The translations under genes were made by a program, and so were the position numbers. Below the pieces are notes generated by a model. The model saw only the letters and a program-made list of their open reading frames with translations. It was not told where the DNA came from and searched no databases. A DNA stretch of 40,778 nucleotides from Octopus bimaculoides (taxonomy: Eukaryota). The stretch spans positions 158,095,169 through 158,135,946 of the forward strand of contig NC_068982.1 in the NCBI RefSeq assembly GCF_001194135.2, in the 5' to 3' direction. Below are positions 11,410 through 21,975 of the stretch, piece after piece (position 1 is the first letter of the stretch; the number at the start of each line of letters is the position of its first letter).

Positions 11410-11550
11410 CAATTTTAGCATAAGACCAACAATTTTTAGGGGAATGGAAGTCGATGACGACGATCCCTAGCACTCCACTGGTATTTATTATATCGATGGC
11501 GGATAAAAAGCTATGTCGGCCGCCTCGGCGGAATTTGATCGCAGAACACA
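11410..11550 (-). mobile_element. SINE family B, partial
   Basis: Reverse complement contains GTTCTGCGATCAAATTCCGCCGAGG...CGACATAGC...AATACCAGTGG. Confidence 0.7.
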
Positions 11551-11635
11551 AAGAAACAGAAGAAATGCCTGTAAGCATTATGCTTGCCAGCAGTATATAC
11601 CACTGATCATCTCTGCTATAATATATGGAGAGAGC

Positions 11636-11845
11636 AAGGTGGCGAGTTGGCAGAAACGTTAGCACGCCGGGCGAAATGCTTAGCAGTGTTTCGTCTGCCA
11701 TTACGTTCTGAGTTCAAATTCCGGCGAGGTCGACTTTGCCTTTCGGGGTCAATAAATTAATTACCAGTTGCGTACTGGGATCGATGTAACCAACTGGTCC
11801 CTTCACTCAAAATTTCGGGCCTTGTGCTTAGAGTAGAAAAGATTA
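11636..11845 (+). mobile_element. SINE family B, near full length
   Basis: GGCGAGTTGGCAGAAACGTTAGCACGCCGGGCGAAATGCTTAGC...GAGTTCAAATTCC (B-box-like)...AGAGTAGAAAAGATT. Confidence 0.9.
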
Positions 11846-11856
11846 TTCAGTTGAAA

Positions 11857-12070
11857 AAGGCGCGAGCTGACAGAAACGTTAGCACACTGGGCGAAATGCT
11901 TAGCAGTATTTCGTCTGTCTTTACTTTCTGAGTTCAAATCTCGCCGAGGTCGACTTTGCTTTGATCCTTTCGGGGTCATTAAATTAATTACCAGCTGCGT
12001 ACTGGGGTCGATCTAATCTATTGGCGCCCTCCCCCAAATTTCGAGCCTTTTGCCTCGATTAGAAAAGAAT
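11857..12070 (+). mobile_element. SINE family B, near full length (tandem with previous copy)
   Basis: High similarity to 11636-11845. Confidence 0.9.
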
Positions 12071-12079
12071 ACCTAGATG

Positions 12080-12256
12080 GAGAGGCAGTCGATTACATCA
12101 ACCCTAGTACTATACTGGTACTTATTTTATAGTAATGGAATAGACGAAAGGCAAAGTTAATCGCGGCAACATTTGAATTCAGAACGTAAAGCCGGAAAAA
12201 ATATCGCTAGGCATTTTGTCCGGCGTAGTAACGATTCTGTTCGCTCACCACCTTAA
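12080..12256 (-). mobile_element. SINE family B, inverted copy
   Basis: Reverse complement begins AAGGTGGTGAGCGAACAGAATCGTTACTACGCCGGACAAAATGCCTAGCG...TTCTGAATTCAAAT. Confidence 0.85.
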
Positions 12257-13590
12257 TACATACTACAACTTATAAAAGAAATGAAGTGTGATATCATCCC
12301 CATGCAAGTGATATCACTGTTTATCTGTTTTTACATAGTCCTCATTTCCACCGGACCTTCATACCAAATGCCTTTGCACGAACGGAGAACTTTTATACGA
12401 CTGTAAACCTGCTTCATTCAACGATGCTAATATTCTCAAAATCCTCACAAATTGTTATATAGCGGCCATACATATATATGTATATCCTTGTTGAAACGGT
12501 ATTAACAGTATTAAGATAAAATAAAACTCGCTGAGCCTAAGGAATATTTGATCCCTGATCAGATGGTAATATATTTCAAAGCTCAAGTAAGTCATAGTAT
12601 GTATGTATGATAAATAGTTTTTCACATCCTCATCATCTCGCACTGCATGTACTCCATTCTAAACACTTCCTTTAGAACATCACTCTGATACTTTCTTTTC
12701 ATTTCCCAGCAAGTATAGAAACTAAACGTCTACATTAACACTTACTCGGCCTTCACAATTCGTGGACACTATTTTTGCTCCGCTGAATATCTTAGAAATT
12801 ATGTGTCTACATATAGAAAACCGCTGCACCATCGTGACCTTTCTAACATATTATTTTACTAAGTTTATGTTTTAGAGTTTACATCAAAATTTTAATAAGG
12901 TTTACGATATCACGCAACATTGCTCGTTTATATTTTGCTTTTAATTATTTTGATTCTTATACTTTAATGATACTATTTTTGTTATAAATATTAAAACACT
13001 ATTTATAGAAACGTTGGATTGTTGACTTCCATGATTTCTTTATGAAGAAGCCATTGTGTTGAAACTTTACTGTTCGCTTGCTTTATATACTTATATTTAT
13101 AATCAAATTGGATAGAAACGTTAGGATTTAAAACTTCTATACGTTTGTTTTATGCCTGACTAGATATGAAGAATTCAGCCTCCTGCTGATGTATCCTCGA
13201 TTCTTATGGTTTAACTGTTGTAGATGTTTGTCCTCGACAAAAGCTCAGCTTATCCTTCTAATGTTATTCTTTCCTGGCAGCAGTGCAGATAAGATACACC
13301 AGTGCAACACAAACCTATTGAAAATTGCCAAACATATTTGGATGGCTTATAATAACATAATGGAATCACGTTGTATTAACATTTTTAACAAAATATATTT
13401 ATTTCTATATTCTTCGTGAGGGTGTGTGGTAGTGGTGGTGGTGGTACAGAATAACGAAATTTTAAGTCGCACCCATTCTGACTTTAAGCCAAAGTTGTGA
13501 AACTGGATCCTTAACTGTTCACACAACATGTTAGAAATTGAAGTAAACCACCTCCATCATATTATAGAATGAAAGGATAAATAATATAGT

Positions 13591-13591
<1 letters not shown>

Positions 13592-13632
<41 letters not shown>

Positions 13633-13633
13633 A
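13592..13633. repeat. (TAC)n microsatellite
   Basis: Direct reading. Confidence 0.95.
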
Positions 13634-13806
13634 TGACTGTGTGGTAAGAAGATTGCTTCCCAGCCACATGGTTCCGGGTTCAGTCTCACTGCGTGGGACC
13701 TTGGGCAAGTGACTTCTACTATAACCTCGGGACGACCAAACCTTTGTGCGTGGATTTGGTAGACGGAAACTGAAAGAAGCCCGTCGTGTACATATATATA
13801 TATATG

Positions 13807-13877
<71 letters not shown>

Positions 13878-13985
13878 ATATACATATATATAAGTGTGTC
13901 TTTGTGTCTGCACTTGCCCTCCCATAACAATTGGTGTTGGTATGTTTACGTCCCCATAACTTAGCGGTTTGGCAAAAGTGCAATA
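13633..13985 (+). mobile_element. SINE family A with internal (TATC)n tract, 3' truncated
   Basis: Head GACTGTGTGGTAAG...GGTTCCGGGTTCAGTCTC, CORE-like GGGACCTTGGGCAAGTGACTT, internal microsatellite about 13790-13890, 3' half to GCGGTTTGGCAAAAG. Confidence 0.9.
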
Positions 13986-14621
13986 CATACATCGATTGCT
14001 GAAAATATAAAAGAAGGACGAGGCAATCACCACAGGAATGGCTTAACTCATAGGTCTGCTTGAACAAAGCTGTACTGAACATCATGAACTCAACAAGAAG
14101 AACAAATACAACAACAACAACAGCAAAAGTAATGTCTTATCTTGTGTTAGACATGGACATCTCAGTATTTATCCCGCTTTCCATGTTCCGTGTACTCGTT
14201 TTAATTCAGTTCCATGTTATGACAGAATACACTTAGCCCTGGTGTCGGATAAACCTGAAATCACATGATTGTAAAGTGAACCTCTTAACCACATGGCCAT
14301 ACCTACGTTTGGCAAGCCTATACTATATTACATTACATAACGGCTACTGGTTGTACGGCATGCAACCATATAACGACACATGATTGCATGACATCCTTAA
14401 GACAAGAGCGAAATCTCTCTCAAAATCTCAAAGGCCTTACTATTTTAAAAAACAGATCAATATCAAATACAGCTCCGACCTCGCTGCTACTGTGAAAATG
14501 ATGGCATTGTTACCACTGGTTTTCTCTTTGGGTATAGTTCTATTAAATAAATCTTGGTTTGGGGCAAAACCACTAACAACCAAATAGTTTTGGCAATGGA
14601 TAATGGTATCAGCATTATTTC

Positions 14622-14825
14622 TAAGGCGGTGAGCTGGCAGAAGTGTTAGTATGTCGGTCTGAATGCTTGTCTTCATGTGCTGAGTTCAAATTCCGCCGAG
14701 GTCGACTTTACTTTCATCTTTTCGAGATCGATGAAATAATTACCATTAAACACCGGGATCGATGTAATTGATTGAATCCCCCCCCCCCGAAACTGCTGGC
14801 ATTGTGCCAAATTTGAAATCGATAT
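14622..14825 (+). mobile_element. SINE family B
   Basis: AAGGCGGTGAGCTGGCAGAAG...GAGTTCAAATTCCGCCGAGGTCGACTT...GTGCCAAATTTGAAA. Confidence 0.85.
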
Positions 14826-15039
14826 TAGTACTATTTCTTCATATTCAGCTGTCAGGTAATTCTCCTGCATACATGTAATGTCGGACGCTTAATTAAACTT
14901 CTATGAATAGTTCAACCCAACAAACCAAGAAGTTAGTGTAATATTAATAATGAAATATTACAATTAGATGAAGCGTTGATGCATTAACTAACATCTAATT
15001 GCAGAATGAAAATATTGGAACCATTCCAAGAATTATAAT

Positions 15040-15350
15040 ATATATCATAATATTGCATTACATTAGATTGCATAAATACACTGCACTAAACCATTCTGAG
15101 TTGAATCACACTAGATTACCCTATACAACGCTAGACTGCACGATACAATATTTCATTAACCATTACAATATTATACTACATAATACGATGTTGCATAACA
15201 CTTCACTTTATGTTACACCGCACTGGACCATCCTATATAACGCAGCACAACACAATACCGTGCCATATAGCCCTACCCAATTCAAGGCAATGACACTATC
15301 CTATGCCATAATACATAATCCTACACCGCTCTATAGAACACTATATAATA
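15040..15350. repeat. Decayed pentanucleotide-period repeat (TACAC/TACAA-like)
   Basis: About 5-nt periodicity (TTACA TTAGA TTGCA TAAAT ACACT GCACT...); a similar tract lies at about 17610-17830. Confidence 0.6.
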
Positions 15351-15594
15351 CGAGGTGCATTCAGAAAGTATCTGACTTTTTCCCTGCCAAAACTAATGCG
15401 GCGGGTAAAATCCTTTGAGTGGGAGATGACGTCACCCTCCCTTACTCTAGGCGGGAACTGACTTGGCCAACCGGCGTGAAAATTTTCTCGCTTGTGCAGA
15501 AAGGGTGGTGTTACCTTCTATGCATAGGATTTTGTCCACGTGGCTTTAGTTTTGGAGGGAAAAAATAAAGTCAGATAATTTTGAACGCACGTCG
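15351..15594. mobile_element. Mariner-type MITE with TA target duplication
   Basis: TA-CGAGGTGCATTCAGAAAGTATCTGACTTT ... AAAGTCAGATAATTTTGAACGCACGTCG-TA; about 28-bp imperfect TIRs, no coding capacity. Confidence 0.85.
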
Positions 15595-15873
15595 TATTAC
15601 ATGATACTGCTCCATATTATACAGATAAAAGTAAAGTAATTTTCTTGGTCGCTCACGCTCCTGGAAATAAGTCAAAACCTCCTCAAATCACAACCTCTTG
15701 AAAGAGGATGGAAATATATATTCTAGATAATATAAACTTCGATACATTATGTATGAACAAAAAAAAAGAAAAGGCTGTACATCGAATACCTTTGATCACA
15801 GGTGTGATCAATCATGGCCAATCACAGTTAACTAGCGATTAAAAAGCAACAATGTGATATTAATCTAAAGATT

Positions 15874-16390
15874 AAGGAGGCGAGCTTGTAGAATCGTTAG
15901 CACGCTGTTCAAAATGCTTAGCGGCATTTCGTTCGTCTTTACGTTCTGACGCAGTGAGGTGGCAGAATTGTTAGCACATCGAGCAAGATGCTTAGTTACA
16001 TTTCACCCGTTTTAACAGTCTGAGTTCAAATTCCGCCGACGCTGACATTGCCTTTTATCCTTTCAGGTTTGATAACATAAGTACCAGCTGAACACCGGGG
16101 TTCTTGTAATCGATTTATCATCTTCCTCCAAAATTGCTTGCCCGGTGCCAACATTTGAAATCAGTCTGAAGTATAAGACAGTGAGCTGGTAGAATCGTTA
16201 GCACGCCGGGCAAATTGCTTAACGGCATTTTGTCCGTCTTATACATTCTGAGTTCAAATTCTGCCCTGATCGACTTTGCATTTCATCATTTCGTGGTTGT
16301 TAAAATAAGTACCAGTTAAACACTGGAGTCGATATAATGGACTTATCTTATCTCCTGAAGTTTCTGGTTTTGTGCAAAAATTTGAAATCA
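15874..16390 (+). mobile_element. Tandem cluster of SINE family B copies (head fragment about 15874-15950, copies about 15953-16165 and 16178-16390)
   Basis: Three heads (GGCGAGCTTGTAGAATCGTTAGCAC, GAGGTGGCAGAATTGTTAGCAC, GTGAGCTGGTAGAATCGTTAGCAC); the last two continue through GAGTTCAAATT to the 3' tail. Confidence 0.85.
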
Positions 16391-17058
16391 ATATTACCCT
16401 AAAGTATATTATTACGCTACATAAACTAAATTACTCCTAAGCATAAACAGTGCAACACAACATTATATAACTCTATACTATATTGAAGAAAACGATGCAC
16501 TCTCTATATAAGTAAAGAATAAAGAAGTAATTAAAGAATAAAGAATATTTGTAAATAATGTAATGGTATTATGTCTGATATCATGAAAGAGATCGGGTTT
16601 CGATTCCTCGCCAACTGGATAATTTTAGTTTGGACATAATGTGATATGGTTAAGTTGTTCGCTTTAGAATCACAGTTAGGTTTCAGAGTTACATTCTGCT
16701 ATATGAAACCTAGTATTCCTCCACAGCATAAGATCAACTCAAGCCCTACGAGTCAAAGAAGTTTTGAAGAAAATTATGAAGATGGCCAATATATATTCCT
16801 ATGTAGAAGACTTAAACCATTGTCCAGTTTGATACTATTAATAGGTATGCAGCTACTTTCAGCAGAGTCCACGATAAGGAAAGCATTACGAGGCCTCTTT
16901 ATTATGTCTCCTGGAAGATATGAGTAGTGGTGAATTCTAGATTTATCCTAGTATAAAATGATTCGCAGTTAAATGCACATAAGCGCAATCATTTCTTTGA
17001 CATTGTTAAAAAGACTACAGCATACTTCATATTTCTCCCAATATATTTTACAATTGTG

Positions 17059-17120
<62 letters not shown>
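17059..17120. repeat. (CA)n microsatellite
   Basis: Direct reading. Confidence 0.95.
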
Positions 17121-17123
<3 letters not shown>

Positions 17124-18106
17124 CTGTACAAAACTACTCTTATACTTGGCAGCAGTCATTATATGAGACGAGGTAAATATAATCTCCCAGCTAAGTATTA
17201 ATTCGGCAATTCTGTAATACAAAACCTTTGTAATAAATTCATTCCATCTTCTTTTTATGTTCAGCGATGAATTTTTGTGTCATAAGTGAGGGAGTAAATG
17301 GCATGCTACATCAAAGCTAGGGGTAAATGACAGAGGCATCACAGAATATTACAAGACACACACACACACACATATATTTACACATCTATTTGAATACACA
17401 AAAACACACACACACGTTTATAAATGCATATACAAATAGTTACATAAGCATACTTAATTACTTAAAAATCGACATATTTTCATAACTACACACACGCGCC
17501 CACATATACTTTAAGGTGAAATCGATAATGTTTGACTATTAATTTCGTGCGTTTATCTGAATAAACCCACCTTTTTACATTGTTTTCTTTTTTTATAACA
17601 GTAATACACACTACTATACTGCATAATACTAGACTATAGTAAATCATAAAATACATCTACAAAAAAAGCAAGAAAATAGTTCTGAATAAGAAATATGATA
17701 CAACATCTAATGCATAGTTTTATACTAGACGAGGTAACTATATGAATACAATCTGCTATTATAAAACACAACAGACTACTAAACAAAATATTGTACTAAA
17801 ACACAATAAAACTTTAAAGCATGATAATATATTAGAATATATTATTCTCTCCAAAATGATACCACATTAAAAAAAAAAGTGATAACACACACACACGCAC
17901 AAAAGAACAACAACAACATATTTCATGTAAAACGAAAATAGCAGCAAAAGCGTTACTGAAATTTTCTTTGCATAAAGTAAATAAACCACGGTTTGATCAC
18001 TGGTTTTCAAAAGCGTAGAAGAAGGTTATTAAGCTTAGGCTTCGACTACGTCTTCAGCTTGGTGGCATGCGAACGAGGGAAATGATATCGCATACTATAG
18101 ACATAT

Positions 18107-18816
18107 ATATATATAAAATTGTCATTAAATGTGACTAGGGTGTTAGGAAATACCTACATTAACTAGAAATAAGAGCTAAACCACACTAATGCTGTAGTTA
18201 ACGCACATGAATGAAAACATATACATTAACAGGGAGCGTAATTGTCCGAAAAATGCCGATCGAGATTTCTTAATACTGACGTCAGTTTCGGCAATTTCCG
18301 TTGCCTCATCAGTAGAGACCACTTCGGTTTCACTTCGACATTCATATTTATGTTTTCGTCATCCAAATTATTGGATGATTTAGCGATTTGCTAATGTGTA
18401 TATATAAAATTAATGCAAACAGTAGTTTGCAATGTTCTCTAACAAAGAAAATTATATTTGTCGCTAAATGTGAATAAGGAGTTAGAAAACACCAACATTG
18501 ATAGAAATAAGAGCTAAACTGATCTAATACTGTAGTTGACGCACATGAATGAAAACATATCCGTTAACAAGGACCATAATCATCCGAAATATGCAGATCG
18601 AGATTTCTTAATACTGACGTCAGTATTAAGAATCCCCGATCGGCATCTTTTAGTGCATGTTTTCATTCATGTGCGTTAACTACAGTATTAGAGCGGTCTA
18701 TCTCTTATTTCTAGCAATGTAGGTGCTTTTTTAACACCCAATCACATTTAGTGACAATTAGAATTCTCCTTTTTGGTGAAATATTGTAAACTGCTGTTTA
18801 CATTAATTTTATATAC
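18107..18816 (-). mobile_element. Penelope-like pLTR array: two direct copies plus one inverted copy
   Basis: 18107-18285 is repeated at about 18397-18623; 18619-18816 is the inverted complement of 18397-18618; hammerhead at 18262-18320. Tandem plus partial inverted pLTRs are typical of Penelope-like elements. Confidence 0.75.
18262..18320 (-). ncRNA. Type I hammerhead ribozyme motif with palindromic helix III
   Basis: Minus strand GGTCTCTA-CTGATGA-GGCAA-CGGAAA-TTGCC-GAAAC-TGACGTCA-GTA-TTAAGAAATC: consensus core, 5-bp stem II, palindrome ACTGACGTCAGT, GUA triplet; stem I imperfect. Confidence 0.8.
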
Positions 18817-20113
18817 AGGGTGGGTGGAAAGTAACTAGGCGTTAGAAATTGCTTATAGAATTTTTAGTATCACTGAAGTCATTACGAAAACATTTTTTAA
18901 GCAGGCAACACTAATGGGGATGTTTTTATTTTCTTATTGTCGTATTTCTTATTTTCCAGATGGCCGGTCGCTATGAAATGTGGGATTCCATTGTTTTCGT
19001 TCAGAGATGGTGGAGTGCATGGAAAGGTAAGCATACAGCACTATGACCGGAGACAATAAAAAGTTGTCGTGCAAAACTGATGACCACGGTCTCTGTGAAC
19101 GATGCAAGAAGAAGTGGCCGTCCAACCACATCCCGATCAGCAGAGAACGTGGCAAAAGTGCAGGAAATGCTTAATCGCAGCCCGCAAAAATCAACAGGTC
19201 ATGCAGCTCGTGAAAGTGGACTAACAAGGTACACAATACGTACGGTGTTGCACAAAGAATTGAATTTTTGTCCGTGTAAACCCCATTACTTGCAAGAGCT
19301 AAAACCTGATGGGATGACACGGACCTCATGAATGGCTTCCAAGAAGTCCAGATCACACATCATGTGATTTTTACTTGTGGGGTTACACAGAAGAGGAGGT
19401 GTACAAGACAAAACTTCACATACTGGACGACTTGGAGACACGGATTCAGGAGGTTCTTAATGATATCTCAGACGAAGGCGGCGAGCTGGCAGTAACGTTA
19501 GCACGCCGGACGAAATGCTTAGCGGTATTTCGTCTGCCGTTACGTTCTGAGTTCACATTCCGCCGAGGTTAACTTTGTTTTCATCCTCTCGGGGTCGATA
19601 AATTAAGTATCAGTTACGCATTGGGGTCGATTTAATCGACTTAATCCCTTTGTCTGTCCTCGTTTGTCTCCTCTATGTTTAACCCCTTGTGGGCTAAACA
19701 TAGAGGGGACAACATTTTTAGCGAAATACTTAGCGGTATTTCGTCTGTCTATACGTTGTGAGTTCAAATTCCACCGAGGTCGACTTTGCCTTTCACCCTT
19801 TCAGGGTCAATAAATTAAGTACCAATTGCGTACTGGGGTCGATCAAATCGACTGCTCCCCCTCCTCAAAAATTCTGGCCTTGTGCGTAGAGTAGAAAAGA
19901 ATGATATCCCAGACGACGTCCTTCAGAAGGTTGTTCATTCTATCCCTGGTCGTTTGAGGAAACTGCTTGATGCCACTGGTGCTTACGTTGAAATATGAAG
20001 ATTACTTTCATTTTTCCATGTAATAAAGAACATGTATCATTTGTTTCAATAAATTTGTAAAAAGAATATGGATTTTATTACCAATTGTTAATCCTCACTT
20101 TTCACCCACCCTT
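18816..20113 (+). mobile_element. Decayed Tc1/mariner-superfamily transposon (DD37D/DD41D-like motifs) with internal deletion and SINE insertion
   Basis: TIRs TA-CAGGGTGGGTGGAAAGT ... ACTTTTCACCCACCCTT-TA. Transposase remnants RSGRPTTSRSAENVAKVQEMLNRSP...ELKPD and WLPRSPDHTSCDFYLWGY...IQEVLNDI/PDDVLQKVVHSIPGRLRKLLDATGAYVEI*. The first two catalytic Asp regions are missing. Confidence 0.9.
19476..19899 (+). mobile_element. Dimeric SINE family B insertion with 17-bp target site duplication
   Basis: Flanked by AATGATATCTCAGACGA (19459-19475) and AATGATATCCCAGACGA (19900-19916); full copy to about 19695, second headless copy about 19720-19899. Confidence 0.92.
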
Positions 20114-20144
20114 TATATATATATATATATATACATACATACAT

Positions 20145-20178
<34 letters not shown>

Positions 20179-20653
20179 NNNNNNNNNNNNNNNNNNNNNN
20201 NNNNNNNNNNNNNNNNNNNNNNNNNNNNNNNNNNNNNNNNNNNNNNNNNNNNNNNNNNNNNNNNNNNNNNNNNNNNNNNNNNNNNNNNNNNNNNNNNNNN
20301 NNNNNNNNNNNNNNNNNNNNNNNNNNNNNNNNNNNNNNNNNNNNNNNNNNNNNNNNNNNNNNNNNNNNNNNNNNNNNNNNNNNNNNNNNNNNNNNNNNNN
20401 NNNNNNNNNNNNNNNNNNNNNNNNNNNNNNNNNNNNNNNNNNNNNNNNNNNNNNNNNNNNNNNNNNNNNNNNNNNNNNNNNNNNNNNNNNNNNNNNNNNN
20501 NNNNNNNNNNNNNNNNNNNNNNNNNNNNNNNNNNNNNNNNNNNNNNNNNNNNNNNNNNNNNNNNNNNNNNNNNNNNNNNNNNNNNNNNNNNNNNNNNNNN
20601 NNNNNNNNNNNNNNNNNNNNNNNNNNNNNNNNNNNNNNNNNNNNNNNNNNNNN

Positions 20654-20701
<48 letters not shown>

Positions 20702-21419
20702 TCAGGTATGTTACATCGGAAGTGGATTAAAATATAATTTAAGTACTTATGATGGCATTATGAATAAAGCTAAGATTATATGTATGAGATAATAGGATTG
20801 AAAGTTTGGTCAAGTGTGATGCTTACAATAGCATAAAAAACCATAAATATAGCTATACATCTCACTCTAAGTGCAAGTAATTATAAACATTGTTCAGAAC
20901 AAACTTGTAGCGTTCATCGAGTACATTTCAATGATGGAAATATAAAAATTAATAATGTCACCACAGTTTACATGGGGAATAATATTATTATTGTTTTTAC
21001 TTGGTTTAACAACATTAGAAATAAAAGTACACGAATGTTTATTCAGTCTGATATTGTTGGAATTACAGAAGGATATAACAACATCTCTCTTTACAGCTGC
21101 ATAGGAGTTTGGTCGGAAACATTGTGCTGTCAATAACAATGATACTGAAATTATTATGCATGCTAGATTATTATGTGAAGATTCCATTTGGGTGAACTAT
21201 ACTAATGGGTTCTGTTAGCATAGAATGCACCATTGATTTTCCAAAAAAAATTCTGTATTTCCGCTAGTTAACGGGCTTTCAAATAAAAGTATATTTATAA
21301 GAAAACGGCGTAGACTATTTCTAAATTATGTTGTATCTTATCTTGGAATATACTAGAAAGATTATTATTAATATTTGTAATTTAATGTATTATTAAAATG
21401 AGCGAAATAATATTTAAAT

Positions 21420-21537
21420 TTTGACACAAGGCCAAACATTTCGGAGGGAGTTGATACTTGTAGAGTAAAAGGCAAAGTCGACCTAGACAGAATTTGAACT
21501 CGATGTGCTAGCGATTCTATCAGATCACCGCCTTAGT
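21420..21537 (-). mobile_element. SINE family B, internally deleted
   Basis: Reverse complement AAGGCGGTGATCTGATAGAATCGCTAGCAC...GAGTTCAAATTCTGTCTAGGTCGACTTTGCCTTT...GCCTTGTGTC. Confidence 0.75.
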
Positions 21538-21795
21538 TACCGTAATATTATTGGTATGGCTACCGTGAGTTTTGAAAAATTATGTAAAGGTTCCACAACA
21601 AAATAAGTTTGGAAACCGTAGGTATATGATATGATGCTGGTTACGAAGTGTGCGAGTTTGTTATGTACATATTATATACGCGGAATCCAAATTTTAAAAT
21701 ACAAGCGAAGAAATGTTTAACTTAGAAAGAAAATGCGTAAATAATACTTATTTTCGAATTTCGATATTAGAATTGTAGTTTATATGAATAATGTG

Positions 21796-21944
21796 CAAGC
21801 ACGATTGTGTGGTACGAAGTTTGCTTCGCAATTACATAGTTTCAGATTCACTCTTATTGCGTGTCTTCTACTATAGCCTCGTGCCGACTAAAGCCTTGTG
21901 AGTGGATTTGGTAGATGGAAAATGTGTGGAAGCCATCGTGTATG

Positions 21945-21975
<31 letters not shown>
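21796..21975 (+). mobile_element. SINE family A 5' half followed by (TATG)n
   Basis: GTGTGGTACGAAGTTTGC...GTGTCTTCTACTATAGCCTCGTGCCGACTAAAGCCTTGTGAGTGGATTTGGTAGA. Confidence 0.8.

Noticed and set aside
12455-12760. Possible mariner C-terminal remnant (…DDEDVK…) on the minus strand
   Set aside because: Similarity is limited to a few residues and no paired TIRs were found.
18030-18062. Minus-strand CTGAAGACGTAGTCGAAGCCTA near the pLTR array
   Set aside because: The hairpin uses the G8/A9 positions, GAAA is GAAG, and stem I is out of register.
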